Shown: piece after piece, positions 49,318-63,202 of the stretch
How positions within the stretch are numbered: position 1 is the stretch's first letter
How the letters are laid out: each line of letters opens with the position of its first letter
DNA from: Mobula hypostoma
Taxonomy: Eukaryota
NCBI RefSeq assembly: GCF_963921235.1
Contig: NC_086109.1
Span: 20,524,001 to 20,588,000 of the forward strand
DNA length: 64,000 nt
Direction of reading: 5' to 3'
The notes under the pieces: generated by a model
Told to the model about the DNA's origin: nothing
Database searches by the model: none
What the model saw: the letters and a program-made list of their open reading frames with translations, nothing else
Made by a program: the position numbers and the translations under genes

Positions 49318-51322
49318 TATATGTGTGTTTTCTTTTTAAAGTGCCAATGGATTTTTGACTGCCTTGATTATCAAAGAGAAAAATAAACTAATGCAGCTGG
49401 AAGATAAGAGTACAGAATTACAACCAAGATAATGTAATATTACTTTATCTAGTTGCACACGTAAATAATGTGAAGTGATACTAAGAGGGAATATAACAAA
49501 AAATGTAAGATCAGCAATTCATGAAAATTAAATTACAACATAACCACATCTGAAAATGGAGCATTAATCCAGATGTTGTTGAAGTATTTGAAGGGGCACC
49601 TAAAATAGATTCATACCTCTGACTTAAAGAATCCCACCAACTAAACTATAGCAGACAATTCTTAGATTGATTTCTACTTTCCAATGCAGTACACTTCAAA
49701 GGGGGGAGGGGGGGGAAGCAGATTTGGAAAGGGGAAAAGTATTGGCTAATAGATCCAGAATGTGTAATAGAGTTGGAATGGTGTGGGTTACAACAGAACT
49801 CTGATCAATCGTGCAATTTTACAGCGAAGTACATGTTCACTTCGCCGGATCCAGATAAAAGCTGGATAATTTCTTTAGGAGAATAAAGCGGAGTTGCATT
49901 ATTCAAATACATTATTTTTCCACAAAGTGCAAGTAACATCATGCAGATTATTTTCAAGGAGTTGATCCCAGTCACTTAGGACATAGTTTTGAACATCCAA
50001 ACCATCATTACTCAACCACAAATCCTTGATGTCTATAATCACTCAGGATAATTGATTAAAAAAAAATCAAATCCCTAGTACACATCTGTAACAAATAAGA
50101 GGGTTAATTTCACCAATTCCCAAACCTGAAGTAGGGGAGAATAAATATAGAAGCATAGAAAATCCAGACCCAACCCCGACTGCCCACCTTTAGTTTCAAC
50201 AAATCAGGTTTTCTTTTGGGCGTGGCAACAAAGGGATGCAGTACATGTAGCACATTTGTTCTGAGGAAATAAGTCCGTCACTAAATTTATTAATAAAGAC
50301 GATGTGTTTCTGCAAGCTTCCCAATTTCAGGGATCTAGATGAATGACAATAGGTAGGAAGGTCCCTGTCAATGATTTGGGTGCATACTGCATCAAAAGAA
50401 CACTTACCTGCAATAACTAACCTCATCTTTTAAGCTACTCATGATATATTGTACCCCCACTTTCAGCTGATTCCTCCCCATATGTTCCCTGGCACTTTCA
50501 ATTGATGCCAAGCTGCCTACTGTTTTCAAGTGGGAAAATTGTTATCAATATCTTACCAGCAAGGCCCGTAGTTGAACATGCAGGAATCCTTTAGCTTTTG
50601 TGTTTTCTCTATAAACCTCTTCACCAACCCCTCATCTCAAATTCAAATTAATAATAAACTATAGGAATCTAGAGATAGATAAATACAAAACCCTTGCAAA
50701 ACTGCATGTTGCTCATTGCTTTCCAACAGGCTGTTATGAGGGAACATTTGAGTTTTGGAAAGAAAATTTAATCAAAGAGCCCCTTCACAGCCTGCTCCAT
50801 TATTTAATAATGTCATGGTATCAAATTCCTTGTTCCCCATAAACCTCAGCTTCCCAAGAGTTTAAAGAGCTATCTTCTCTCAGCCTTGAATGTATACAAC
50901 ATATGCAGCTTCCACATCTGTCTGGGATTGAGGAATCCAAGGATTCACAATGCTCTGAAAGGAAGAATTCCCCATTCATCTCCATATTAAATGGGCAATT
51001 CATTTTTCTGAAATTATGCCTCTCATTTTTATTTACTGTAGAGAGTAAATTACCCTATCAGCACCAATTGTCAAGTACCTTGGAATCTTTCTGTTTCAGT
51101 AAGATTACCCCTCATTCTTCAAAACCTCTAAATCAGTATAAGCCAACTCATTCAATCTTTCCTCATCAACCGATTCTTTCATCCCAGCAATCAATCTAGT
51201 ATGCCCACTTGAACTGCTTCTAACACAATTATATTCCATCCTAACAAGTTGAAACCATACCTGCTACCCAAGTGTGGGTTTTGTTCTATGACTGCAGCAA
51301 AACATCCTTTCAACCTGTAAGA

Positions 51323-51875
51323 ACTCAATGGCCACCTTTTAAAGGTACACCTGCACATTAATGCAATTATCTAATCAGCCAATCAAGTGGCAGCAACTCT
51401 GTGCATAAAAGCATGCAGACACGGTCAAGAGGTTCAGATATTGTTCAGACCAAACATCTGAACTGGGAAGAAATATGATCAAAACGACCGAGCATGGAAT
51501 GCTTGCTGGTGCCAGACAAGGTGGTTTGACTATCTCAGAAATTACTGATCTCCTAGGATTTTCACGCACAAGTCTCTACAGTTTACAGGGAATGGTGTGA
51601 AAATCCAAAACATCCAGTGAGCAGCAGTTCTTTGGGTGAAGATGCCTCGTTAATGAGAGAAGTTCAGAGGAGAATGGTCAGACTTGTTCAAGCTGACAGG
51701 AAGGCAATAGTAACTCAAGTAAACATGCATTACCACAATGGTATGCAGAGGAGCATTTCTGAATGCAAAACATGTTGAATCTTGAAGCAGATGTACTACA
51801 GCAGAACACCATGGACGTACACTCAGTGGCCACTTTATTAGGTTCAAGAGATACATAATGATTGCCCACTGAGTG
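51323..51875 (+). mobile_element. Tc1-derived non-autonomous element, copy 4
   Basis: Homologous to 22996-23552. Confidence 0.85.
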
Positions 51876-53782
51876 CATGTGTCAACTAGACTATTCCCTT
51901 CATAAAATTTATTCAATCTGCTTAACAGTTATAAAATTTACAAAATATTCTGCTACTACACCCTTAGTGAGAAAAGGCATTCTTCATTTGATTATCACAG
52001 AATTTCAGACTACTTAAGGCAATTGTTTGGTCCATGGCATTTGACCTGGTCCATTGGCTTTGGATGTTATATTCAACTGGTCCTGCTCGACAACTCCAGG
52101 TAACTTCAATGAATAAAAAGCAACACTGGAGACTGCAGGTGCTGGAATCCAGAGGAAAAGGGCAAAGTGCTAGAGAGAACTCAATTTGATTTTGCTTCAA
52201 TTAATCGAATCCTACACACTTTCAAATACTATGTAGTACAAAGAAAGTTAAATTAAATTGTAACATCAGACAAAAAGTGACAGCCTCAAAATCAGAATTG
52301 GCATCAATAACATTATTTGTAAAAATATTGATCAACAGTTGGAATAAACTTCCAGAGAATGTTGTCCAGGTGAAAATCTTGGAATTATTGGAGATACAAT
52401 CAGATCCGAAGTAAAGGCACAACAGAAATTCATTGGAAAGAAAATAAGATAGATTGAATGCCTAATTTATTTATAATCTTTATGACTTTGTGATTTAAAA
52501 AAAAACAGGGTTCAGGCACACAGAGACATTGCACAAATTTAACTTTATTTTTTTTTCTCCTTTTGATTTTCTGTCCATCTCTCCACTTCTGTGAGAAAAA
52601 ACTGAATTTCTCCTCAGTTCTTTGATTAAAGGTTAACGTACCCAGACCTGGCAAAAATAACAGTGTCTCGACTTGCAGTAGTAGCTTTCTCCCTGGCTTC
52701 TCCCTTCCTATGCCTCAGCCTGGCCAGTGTTCTGTTGCAACTGACAGATCCACAGAGAAGGGTTGGGATGGGGGTGGGGTGGAGGGGGAGGGAAGCAGGA
52801 GGGTGGGGGTAGTTGTGGTGTTGCTGGATTAGGGGAAAAAAAGAAGAGCTGGATCTGTTTATTATGAACTATTTCTGTCAGATTCGGGTCAGCAGGTGCC
52901 AGAAGCTGGAGGGTAAGACACTCTCGATCTTCTCCATCACAAAGTTGAAGGGTGCAAAGAGTGTGCTGAAGAACTGTAAGACATTAAACAGTAAGGAAAT
53001 GGAGATTAGAGGTATGATTCATGTACAGAAGCAGTGTTATAAAACCACAAAACCTCTTGTAGACATGTCATTCCATACTTCTGAGGGAAGCATCAAATTT
53101 ATTTGCAAAAATATCAGCTCCAGATTGTTAAATGACAATGAAAAACTGCATAATTACTGTTCTGGGATGAATTTGCAGCAAACATGACCATTATAAAAAT
53201 AATGTCAGTCTATAATAAACTGAGATACAAGCAGTTCAAGGCTAATGGAACGTTTTTGTTCTGACTATCAATATTCTATTGGACACAAAGATCAAAAGCA
53301 TTAACCTTGCTGTACTCTAATAGCACAATTATAAAATTGACCAGAAATTATAAGCTGATCTGCTTAGTGTAATATTCTTTGCACAAAAGATCTTCTTGGC
53401 AGGAGGCTTAAATTATTCCTTTTAATTTAAGATTATCGGATGCTGTGACGGGAAGATGAATGGTAGGTTTCTCAATAAAAGTATTGAACTGAGAATGAAG
53501 AAAAATTATTCGGATTCTTTTAGGTTCCAGGGTCAGGTTAGATACCATATGCAGGTTATTGATCATAAAGCTTTTTTGATGATTGAAATGTTGCAAATAA
53601 GAAAAAAAATCTTTCTTACGGAGTTAAGCTTATAGAATTATACAAGGATATTCACAATATTAGCAAATAATTTGTGTTTTTCAGCTGTGAGTCAGTTCAA
53701 AACATCACTAAATTCCTCTGTTCCTGATTAGCCATTAGCAATGAAAGTTTGAGTATGGAGTGTGAGATGAGTTACTGATGTG

Positions 53783-55208
53783 CTGGAATGTAAAGCCAGC
53801 TCCTCATTATGAAAATTGGTTTGCATTTCAACACAAAAAATAGACTTTGCCAGAAAAGCTTGGCCCTTGGTCACAACTGGTAACCTTCATGATAATGTGC
53901 CCTCCTGATCCACTTTCTGGAGCCTTTCGGATTTTCAAATTTACACTTTCTATAACTGGCTTGTATCAATGTTGTTTAAGTCAGGAAAATTAAGAAGCAG
54001 TGAAAAATGAACTAAGAGTGTGGTCTGCAACTTTAACATTGAAATTGTCTGAGACTGAATATTTGAGTAGCTTCTCTCTAGATCAAGTTCAGTGTAAATT
54101 GTTACTCAAGTGCCCTGAAACAGTGGCAGGAAAATACACCAGTCTTTGGTTTATTTCAAATATTCACCATGCTTTGGCATTAAGTTAAAAGGAGTGTATG
54201 TTTCGTGCAAGTTTTGATGAAGGCTGAAGAATATGGCATGATCTGACTAGTCTCCCTCCTCACAACCTCCAGGAGTTAATTCATCCGTACTTTGAATGAT
54301 ACCAAAACTCACACCAAGTTCTGTCACCTCATCACTAATTCTTGTTGAATTCCTTTTGATTCACATTCCAAAATGAATTGAATCCACTTCATTTCTTACA
54401 TCCTTCACATACACGAGTAAAAATCTTTACGTTACATCTCCATCTGAATGTGCAATTTATAGTAATTTGTAGTACTGTAGTACATACAACAGAACAATCA
54501 ATATAGTTTAGAAAATACATTTGTGTCAGTGTGAATTAAATGTTGAATTTGTGGTCATGAAGTTGATCAACAAAGCCTGATATACTTGTATATAAAAATC
54601 TGGCCTAATCAGATCTGAGCTCAAGTATTTTTTATATTGAACCCGGATCCAAAACACATGGTTAAGTTCTGTGGGCTTAGTTTAGGGACATGGACTCCAA
54701 TCTACACTGAGTAAATAATGGAAAAGATATATAAAACAGGCAGGCAGTGATTACAGAAGCACAAGAGACTATGTAGATGCTGAAGATCTTGAGCAGCCCA
54801 CACAAAATGCTGGCAGAACTCAGCAAGTCAGGTAGCATCTATGGAGTTAACACATCCTGATTAAGGATCTTGGTCTGAAATGTTGACAGTTTACTTTCCC
54901 CCATAGAAGCTACCCAACTTCCTGCGTTCATCCAGCATTCTCTGTTTTGTTCGTGGCTCTGATTAAGAGCTTACTTTATTTCACTACTGGAATGTAAAGC
55001 CCACTCCTCTTTATCAAAATTGGTTTGCATTTCAAAGCAAAAATTAGATTTTGCCAGAAGAGCCTGGCCCTTCGTCACAGCTGGCAACCTTCATGATAAT
55101 GTGTCCTCCTGATCCACTTTCTAGAGCCTTTTGGATTTTAGATTTACACTTTTTATAATTGTTTTTTATCAATGTTGTTCAATGACAGAAAAGTTAAATA
55201 GCAGTGAA
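53783..55208 (+). repeat. Pair of diverged ~222-bp direct repeats (53783-54004 and 54987-55208)
   Basis: Both begin ctggaatgtaaagcc, share aaccttcatgataatgtg.cctcctgatccactttct and end gcagtgaa. Confidence 0.92.
54760..54950. mobile_element. Old Penelope terminal repeats in inverted arrangement
   Basis: Minus copy 54760-54848, then plus copy starting atcctgattaaggatcttggtctgaaatgttgac. Confidence 0.72.
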
Positions 55209-56079
55209 TACCGAGGAATACAACTCATAGATATGGACTAAAACTCTAAGATCTGAAAAAAATGAACTGAATATGCCAGAATATCACAGAATATTAGGTG
55301 TTATCGTTATTAATACTCAACTCTGTTTTAATTCTCTCCCTTTGGATGTTACACAGCTTGCAAATAAATTTTGCAGTGAATCAGGTGGGCTGAAAGAGAG
55401 CGAAAGAAATGGAGTGGAGAGGGAACACAGGAGTTGAGGCCCTGAAGGGTGGAGTAGGAGAACAAGAACCAGAGCCCCAGAAAGTGGGAAGTGAGCATGG
55501 CAGCAAACCCGAAGCACGTTACTTAGTGAGCTACATGCTGAACTACTGGGGCTTCAGAACAGTAAGTTGTGCATTATGCACAGGTCGTGTATTTTAAAGC
55601 CCAAGTTGGTAAGTGGAACATTATGTCGTGGGAAGTGAAGATAGAGAAGAAAGTATTTCAAAGGAAATGTAGATAATTTTTTCAAGGTGAAGAGGTGGGA
55701 GAATGATTTTAAATTGTTCTGAAGTAGAACAGAGAACATCACAGCACTGTAAAAGGCCCTTCAGCCCACAATATTGTGCCGCCCTTTTAACCGACTCTAA
55801 GATCAATCTAAAACTTCCTCCTGTACAGCCCCCCATTTTTCTATCATCCATGTGCTGATCTGAGTTTCTTAAATGCCCCTAATGTTGAACATAGAACATA
55901 ACTTTGTTTCAATTGGAATTCTTCTTAAACAATAACAACTTTATTCCTTAGGCTGAAACGCATGTAAGAGCTTTATTTGAGACAGATACATGATGAGGCA
56001 TACGGCGATGTGTGATGGTCAGCATGAGTTAAACTAGTGTCCAGAACCAGCAGGAACCCCTTGACCTCCTCTGGCAGGT

Positions 56080-58615
56080 CTGTAACTGAATCTCACTCCT
56101 AAATAAACTCTTGTTACACATCCATATGGAACTCCTGGTGTATCAGAAAGAAAGTGGAAGTGATCAATGTCCAATCCAATCTCACAGCACAGTGGAGATA
56201 GTTTCTGCTTTCCTCAGCCCTTCAGGTTGTATTAGGGAGATCCTAATAACAAAACATTGTAAAAAATACTCACTTCAAATCTTCCAACATCTTGGTCAAA
56301 ATTGGAAAAAAAAAATGAAACCACAGCCACACTGCCTAGGTCAGGCCGCCCCTCTAAACTTAGTTGCCAGAGAAGAATGGCACTTGTAAGAGAGGCTACT
56401 GTGACGCAACAGTAACTCTGACTGAGCTGCAGGAGTCGGTGGCTGCAACTGGAAATGAACTTCATAATCTCCAAGACCTTGCGTAAAAAGAGTGTTTATG
56501 AAAGAGTGGCAAGGAAGAAGCCCTAGCTTAAAAAAAAGGCATATCCTTGCCCATAAGGGCTTAGCAAACCATTACTTAAAGGATACTGTAAAGACGTGGA
56601 AGAAGGTCTTATAATTGGTTGAGATTAAAGTGGAACTTTTTGGCCTCAACACTAAGTGGTTCCTGTGGCATAAATCTAATACTGTGCATCAGCCAGGTAA
56701 CACCATCCGGACTGTAAGGTATGCTGGTAGTCCATGTTATGGAGATGCTTTTCTGCAGCAGGGACTAGAAATATAGTCAGAATTGGTGGGAAGATGAACG
56801 CTGCTAAATACAGAGAGATCCTGGATAAAAATCTGCTGGCCTCTGCCTCTGCCACATGGCTTTAGTCCACCTAAACAATATAAACACCTACATCAGGATG
56901 CTGTTCATCGACTATAGCTCAGCATTTAATACCATCATTCCCACAATCCTGATTGAGAAGTTGCAGAACTTGGGCCTCTGTACCTTCCTCTGCAATTGGA
57001 TCCTCGACTTCCTAACTGGAAGACCACAGTCTGTGCAGATTGGTAATAACATATCCTCCTCGCTGACGATCAGCACTGGCGCACCTCAGGGGTGTGTGCT
57101 TAGCCCACTGCTCTACTCTCTATATACACGACTGTGTGGCTAGGTGTAGCTCAAATACCATGTATAAATTTGCTGACGATACAACCATTGTTGGTAGAAT
57201 CTCAGGTGATGACGAGAGGGCGTACAGGAGTGAGATATGCCAACTATTGGAGTGGTGTCGCAGCAACAACCTGGCACTCAACGTCAGTAAGACTAAAGAG
57301 CTGATTGTGGACTTCAGGAAGGGTAAGACAAAGTAACACATATCAATCCTCATAGAGGGATCAGAAGTGGAGAGAGTGAGCAGCTTCGAGTTCCTGGGTG
57401 TCAAGATCTCTGAGGATCTAACCTGGTCCCAACATATTGATGTAGTCATAAAGAAGGCAAGACAGCGGCTATACTTTATTAGGAGCTCGAAGAGATTTGG
57501 CACGTCAACAAATACACTCAAAATCTTCTATAGTTGTACCTTGGCGAGCATTCTAACAGGTTGCATCACTGTCTGGTATGGAAGGGCTACTGCACAGGAC
57601 CAAAAGAAGCTGCAGAAGGTTGTAAATCTAGTCAGCTGCATCTTGGGCACTAGCCTACAAATTACCCAGGACGTCTTTAGGGAGCAGTGTCTCAGAAAGG
57701 CAGCGTTCATTATTAAGGACCTCCAGCACCCAGGGCATGCCTTTTTCCTCACTGTAACCATCAGGTAGGAGGTACAGAAGCCTGAAGGCACACACTAAGC
57801 AATTCAGGAACAGCTTCTTCCCCTCTGCCACCTGATTCTTAAATGGACATTGAAGCTTTGGACACTACCTCTTTTTTTTAAATATACAGAATTTCTGTTT
57901 TTGCACTTTTTAAAATCTATTCAATATACATAATTGATTTACTTGTTTATTATTATCATGTTTTATTTTATTGTTTTTTTTTCTCTCTGCTAGATTACGT
58001 ATTGCATTGAACTGCTGCTGCTAGGTTAACAAATTTCACGTCACATGCTGGTGATGATAAACCTGATTCCGATTCAGATTCTGATTCTCAAGTCTTAAAC
58101 TGGGGAGGAGGTTTATCTTTCAGCATGACAATGACCCAAAGCACACTGCCAAGAGTGGATAAAAATAAAGAAATGGACGTCCTTGTATGGCCCAAACAGA
58201 ATCCTAACCTTAACATGATCAAATGTCTTTGGCAAGACCAAGACTGCTGTTCACTGCCGCTTCCCAACTAAGCTGGCATAGATTGAGCAATGTTGCAAGG
58301 AGGAACAGCCAAATCTCCCTCCATCACATTTTGCAAAGCTAGTAGAAACTTATCCAAAAAGACTACCGGCTGTAATACCTGCAAGAGGTGATTCAAATCA
58401 AGTACTGACCAAAGGGGGATGAATACTTTTGAACTGCTGACATTTCAGGTTTTGAATTTTTAGTTTTTCATACTTTACAATTTTCCCTGTTTTTTTTTGG
58501 TTCCTATTGTGAAAAAAGGAGCATGTGATTCACAAATAAATATTCTCAGTTAAATTTATCAAAATCCCTGGTTGTATTATATAAACAAACAGTTGAATAC
58601 TTTTAGAAGGCACTG
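56080..58615 (+). mobile_element. Degenerate Tc1 transposon split by a Rex1 LINE
   Basis: [45 protein letters not shown] | LKLGRRFIFQHDNDPKHTAK, WPKQNPNLN; end ttttagaaggcactg then TA; left boundary uncertain. Confidence 0.88.
56855..58088 (+). mobile_element. Rex1/Babar-clade LINE, 5'-truncated RT to 3' tail
   Basis: [55 protein letters not shown]; (gattct)n tail. Confidence 0.93.
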
Positions 58616-58649
58616 TATGTCAGTGATAGTTAACCAGATTCTGATTCCA

Positions 58650-59262
58650 GGTTGATCCTGGAAATGAGGGGGTTAGCTTATGAGGACAGACCCTGGGAGT
58701 ATATTCAGTAGAATTTTTTAGAATGTGAGATCTTATAAAACGCTACAAGATAATGAAAAGGATAGATGAGAAACCTCTCATCTTTAAATTCCTCAGCGTT
58801 ATCATTTCAGAGGCTCTGTCTTGGGTTCTGCACACAAGTGCCATTACGAAGAAAGCATGGCCATCAAGAAAGTGAATCTCAGGGCTTGTGGATGGTGACA
58901 TCCATGTACGTTGATCATGAATTTACCGTGAACTTGAACTTTCAGATTAAGGCAGGGAGGGTGTTCCCACCAATAGGTGAGACTAGAACTAGGGGACATA
59001 GCCTCAAAATTTGCGGGAGTAGATTTAGGATGAAGGTGAAGAGGAAATTGCTCTTCCCAGAGAGTTCTCTGCCTGGAGAAAGTGTCGAGGCCACCTCATT
59101 AAATGTATTGAGGACATGATTAGATTTTTGCATCGTAGGGGAAGTAAGTGTTATGGGAACAGGTAGGTGGAGATAAGTCCAACTACAGATCAACCATGAT
59201 CTTAATGAATGGTGGAGAAAACTTGACAGGCCACATGAACAATTCCTGCTCTCATTTCTTGT
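58650..59262 (+). mobile_element. CR1 3' fragment containing an internally deleted Rex1 piece (~58770-58942)
   Basis: RVFPPIGETRTRGHSLKI; insert joins FKFLSVIISEALSW...KKAW to the Rex1 tail gaatctcagggcttgtggatggtgac. Confidence 0.75.
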
Positions 59263-60099
59263 TTTTACAGGAAACCCGCAGTAAGAGCTTTGCTTCAACT
59301 TAGTAGCAGCATTAGGATTTGAAAGTACAATCTTTGATCAAGCCTCACCCAGGAGGGTGATCATGTACTTCAAAGTAAATGCTCTTTTAAGGAGTCCAAA
59401 TGGTAGTACAGTAATCAAGAGGATGACTGAGCACTTATCAGATGTCCAAAATTAGGGACTATTAAATCTAAAAATAAATCAGGAGAAACCTCGATTCAAA
59501 AAGTGTGACAGCATGGAACTTTCTACAACATGCAGTGGATGTGGCAGGTCATAAATACAGCTAAACAAAGGGAAAGATAGATAATTGTGTGGGAGAATGA
59601 GGTATTGAAAGATGCACTGATAGGATTACATGAAATAGTATGCAAAGATACGGGGACACAAATAGTGGCAGGGGTCTACGGCGTAACATGGTTACTTTTG
59701 CTTTCAGGAGGATAAGCAGCAATATTTGTGAAGAGGTGAAAAATATACATTGAAATGATTTTCACTGCTCAGGAATGGTTAACTACACTTGGCCATTTTG
59801 TTTCATTGATGTGTGACAACTGCGAAACATGCTTCAGGTGTGCTTTTGAATTACAGATCACTGCTAGTCTGACTAGTTTGCATTAATTCCAATGAGTCTG
59901 ATTGCACCTTAGGGAAAAGAAGATTAAAATGAAGAGTTTGCCCTGTTTGGAAATAAATTAATTTGTAACTAAAACACCAACAAAAGTAAGACTTTCTGTG
60001 GAATGGCCCTTGATAATGCCTTGCCTGATATCTAGGTGTTAGGAAAGCATATTGATCTCAGCCAAGAAAAACTGCTATTCGAAGACTTAGTCTTAACCA

Positions 60100-60660
60100 A
60101 CAAGCTGAATTTATAAAGTAGCATTAACGTATTAAGTAACCCAAAACATTACACAGCAGCCTTATCAGACAGCACTCTGCATTGAGCCAGACAAGGAAAT
60201 ATTAAATCTGTGGCTTAAAGCTTGGTCACATAGCTATGTTATGCAGACTGTCTCAAAGGCGGAAAGAGAGTCAAAAGAACGAGAGCTTTAAGGGAGGGAA
60301 TTCCAGAGCATGGGGCCTTGGCCATTGAAGCCACGGCCTCCAAAGAGAGAGTAATTAAAATCAGTGATGCATACCAGGCTAACATTGGCAGCACAGTGAT
60401 TTCGGAAGGTTGTAAGGGGTTCCAGAACTAGGGAGGCAAAGCCTTGGAGCGATCTGAAATTCTAGATGCGACTTAACAGGGAGGTTAATGTGGGTCAATG
60501 TGTACAGGAGCAATGAGTGAAATAGGCTTAGTGTATGTTACATAAAGACAGTGTTTTGAATAAAGTTAAAGTTTACGACGGCTGGTCAATGGCTACTCTG
60601 GCAGGAATGTGTTAGAACTATTGGGTTTAGCAGTGACAAAGGTACAAATGAAAATTTCAG
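60100..60660 (-). mobile_element. Ancient L2-like LINE 3' remnant
   Basis: agggagggaattccagagcatggggcc reads PMLWNSLP on the minus strand; similar motif at 33709-33727. Confidence 0.5.
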
Positions 60661-60964
60661 CCAAAGAGCACCCTTTATTGAAAGTATTACTCATTGACTT
60701 ACGTCCTGAACTTGAACCTCATTGAGGATTCAGTGCCCAGACCATGAACTCATAGGATGGTGCAACAATAAATTGCAGAAGATGGACTATGTCAACCTTT
60801 TGCTGCAGCTATCCAAATTGCAGTGTCAGTTATCCTATTAAACCAGTGTTTACACCTAAAATATTTGTCCCTTGAAGAATGTAAATAAAATTGAGGATTG
60901 CCAGAAAACTTTTCTATGGAGAAAACAGACAAGACTTATAAAAGCAAAGCAATTGAAATGAGAT

Positions 60965-62705
60965 TGAAAGAGTGCAGGGATGTTGCCAGAACCTGAGGAC
61001 ATGAGTTAAAGGGAAAGGTTGAACAGGTTCAGACTTTATTCCCTGGTATGTAGAAGATGGAGGGGAGATTTGACAGAGGTATACAAAATTATGAGCAGTA
61101 TAGATAGGGTAAATGCAAGCAGGCTTTTCAACTGGTTGGGTGAGACTACAACTAAAGGGTATGGATTAAGGTTGAAAGGTGAAATGTTTAAGAGGCAACA
61201 TGAGAGGGAACTTCTTCACTTACAGACCATAAGGCATAGCAGAAGAATTAGGTCATCTGGCCCATTGAGTCTGCTCCACTATTCCATCTTGGCTGATTTA
61301 TTATCCCGCTCAACCCCTTTCTCCTACCTTCCTCTAACCTTTGATACCCTGATTTATTAAGAATCTATCAACCTCCACCTTAAGTATACCCATAGACTTG
61401 GTCCTCACAGCTGTCTGTGGCAATAAATTCCACAGATTCACCACCCTCTGGCTTAAGAAATCTTTACTCATCTCTGTTCTAAGTGGATGTCCCTCTATTC
61501 TGAAGCTGTGTCCTCTGGTCCTACTCTCCCACTATAGGAAACATCCTCTCCATATCCACTCTATCTTGGCCTTTCAATATGTGATAGGTTTCAATTAGGT
61601 CCCCCTCATTCTTCTAAACTCCAGTATGTGCAGGCCCACAGACATCAAACACTCTTCATATGTTAACCCACACCTGGTACCATCCTGGTGAACCTTCTCT
61701 GGCCTATCTCCAATGGCAGCATATCTTTTCTTAGATAAGGGGTCCGGAATTACTCACAATACTCCATGCAGTCTAACCAATGCGTTATAAAGCCTCAGCA
61801 TTACATCTAGCTTTTGTATTCTAGCCTTTATTCTTTCTACAAAAGTGCATGATCATGTATTTCCCTACACTACATTCCATCTGCTATGCCTTGGCCCATT
61901 TCTGCAATCAGCAGACACTGCTTCCCTAACACTATTTGCCCTTCCACCTATCCTCGTATCGTCCACAAACTTGGCCATAAGGCCATCAATTCCTTCATCT
62001 AAATCACTGACATATAACATGAAAAGAAGCGGTCCCAACACCGACCCCTGCAGAACATCACTGGTCACAGGCAGCCAACCAGAAAAGGCCTACTTTATTC
62101 CAAGTCTTTGCCTGCTGCCAGTCAGCCAATCTTCTATCCATGCTAGTATCTTTCCTGTAATGCCACAGGCTCCTATCTTGTTAAGCAGCCTCATGTGCGG
62201 CACCTTGTCAAGGTCCTTTTGAAAATCCAAATAAATAACATCCACTGACTCTCTTTTGTCTATTCAACAGAACTGTCAGGGAAAATTTCCCCTTAAGGAA
62301 ACCATGCTGACTTTGGCCTATTTAAAATGCGTCTCCAAGTACCCTGAAGCCGCATCCTTAATAAGACTCCAATATCTTTCTGTCCACTGAAATCGGGTCA
62401 ACTGGTCTGTAATTTGCTTTCTTCTGCCTCCCTGCCTTAGCAAGTGGAGTGACATTTGCAATTTTCCAGTCCCCAAGAATCATTCCCGAATCTAGTGATT
62501 CTTGAAAGATCATTACTATTGCCACCACAATCAGAGGGTGGTGAGAGTGTGAAATGAGTTTCCAGCACAGGTTCAATTTCAACATTGATGAGAAACCTGG
62601 ATAGGTACATAGATGGGAGGGTTACGGAGGGCTATGGACTGAGTACAGGTTGATAGGACTAGATGGGCTGAAGGACCTGGTTCAGTGTTCTATGACTTTA
62701 TGACT
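60965..62705 (+). mobile_element. CR1 3' fragment split by an opposite-strand CR1
   Basis: gggaacttcttcac|...|tcagagggtggtgagagtgtg rejoins across 61221-62530. Confidence 0.8.
61222..62530 (-). mobile_element. CR1 LINE RT fragment to 3' tail
   Basis: DWKIANVTPL...NYRPV; TSDVLQGSVLGPLLFMLYVSDLD, KFVDDT. Confidence 0.9.
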
Positions 62706-62717
62706 AAATTCATTATG

Positions 62718-63202
62718 CACTCAGTGGCCACTTTATTAGGTACACCAGTACATCTGCTTATTAATGCAAATATCTAATCAGCCAATCATATGACAGTAAC
62801 TCAATGCTTGAAAGCATGCAAACGAGGTCAAGGAGTTTAGTTAGGGGGAGAAAGTGTGATCTAAGTGACTGATCATGGAATGACTGTTGGTGCCAGACAG
62901 GGTGGTTTGAGCACTTATAGAGTTTACAAAGAGTGGTGTGAGAAACAAAAAACACATCCAGTGAGTGGCTGTTCTGTGAGCAAAAACGACTTATTATTGA
63001 GAGAGGTCAGAGGAAAATGGCCAGACTGGTTCACGTGTTGAAGCTATCAGGAAGGAGACAGTAACTCAAATGACCACGCTAACAACAGTGGTGTGCAGAA
63101 GAGCATCTCTGAACATACAACACATCAAACTTTCAAGTGGATGGGCTTCAGCAACAGAAGAGACAGTGTTCCAGTCCTGTACCTAATAAAGTGGCCACTG
63201 AG
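62718..63202 (+). mobile_element. Tc1-derived non-autonomous element, copy 5
   Basis: TIRs cactcagtggccactttattaggtaca / tgtacctaataaagtggccactgag; QKSISEHTTHQTFKWMG. Confidence 0.88.

Noticed and set aside
52762..52812. G-quadruplex-prone G-run cluster
   Set aside because: Similar G-runs are common across the window and there is no evidence of function.
52813..53187. 124-aa ORF
   Set aside because: Non-ATG start, no recognisable domain and no convincing splice context.
53840..53910. Duplicated coding exon within the 222-bp repeat (FARKAWPLVT / FARRAWPFVT)
   Set aside because: Upstream stops and a frame difference between copies; too short to support coding constraint.
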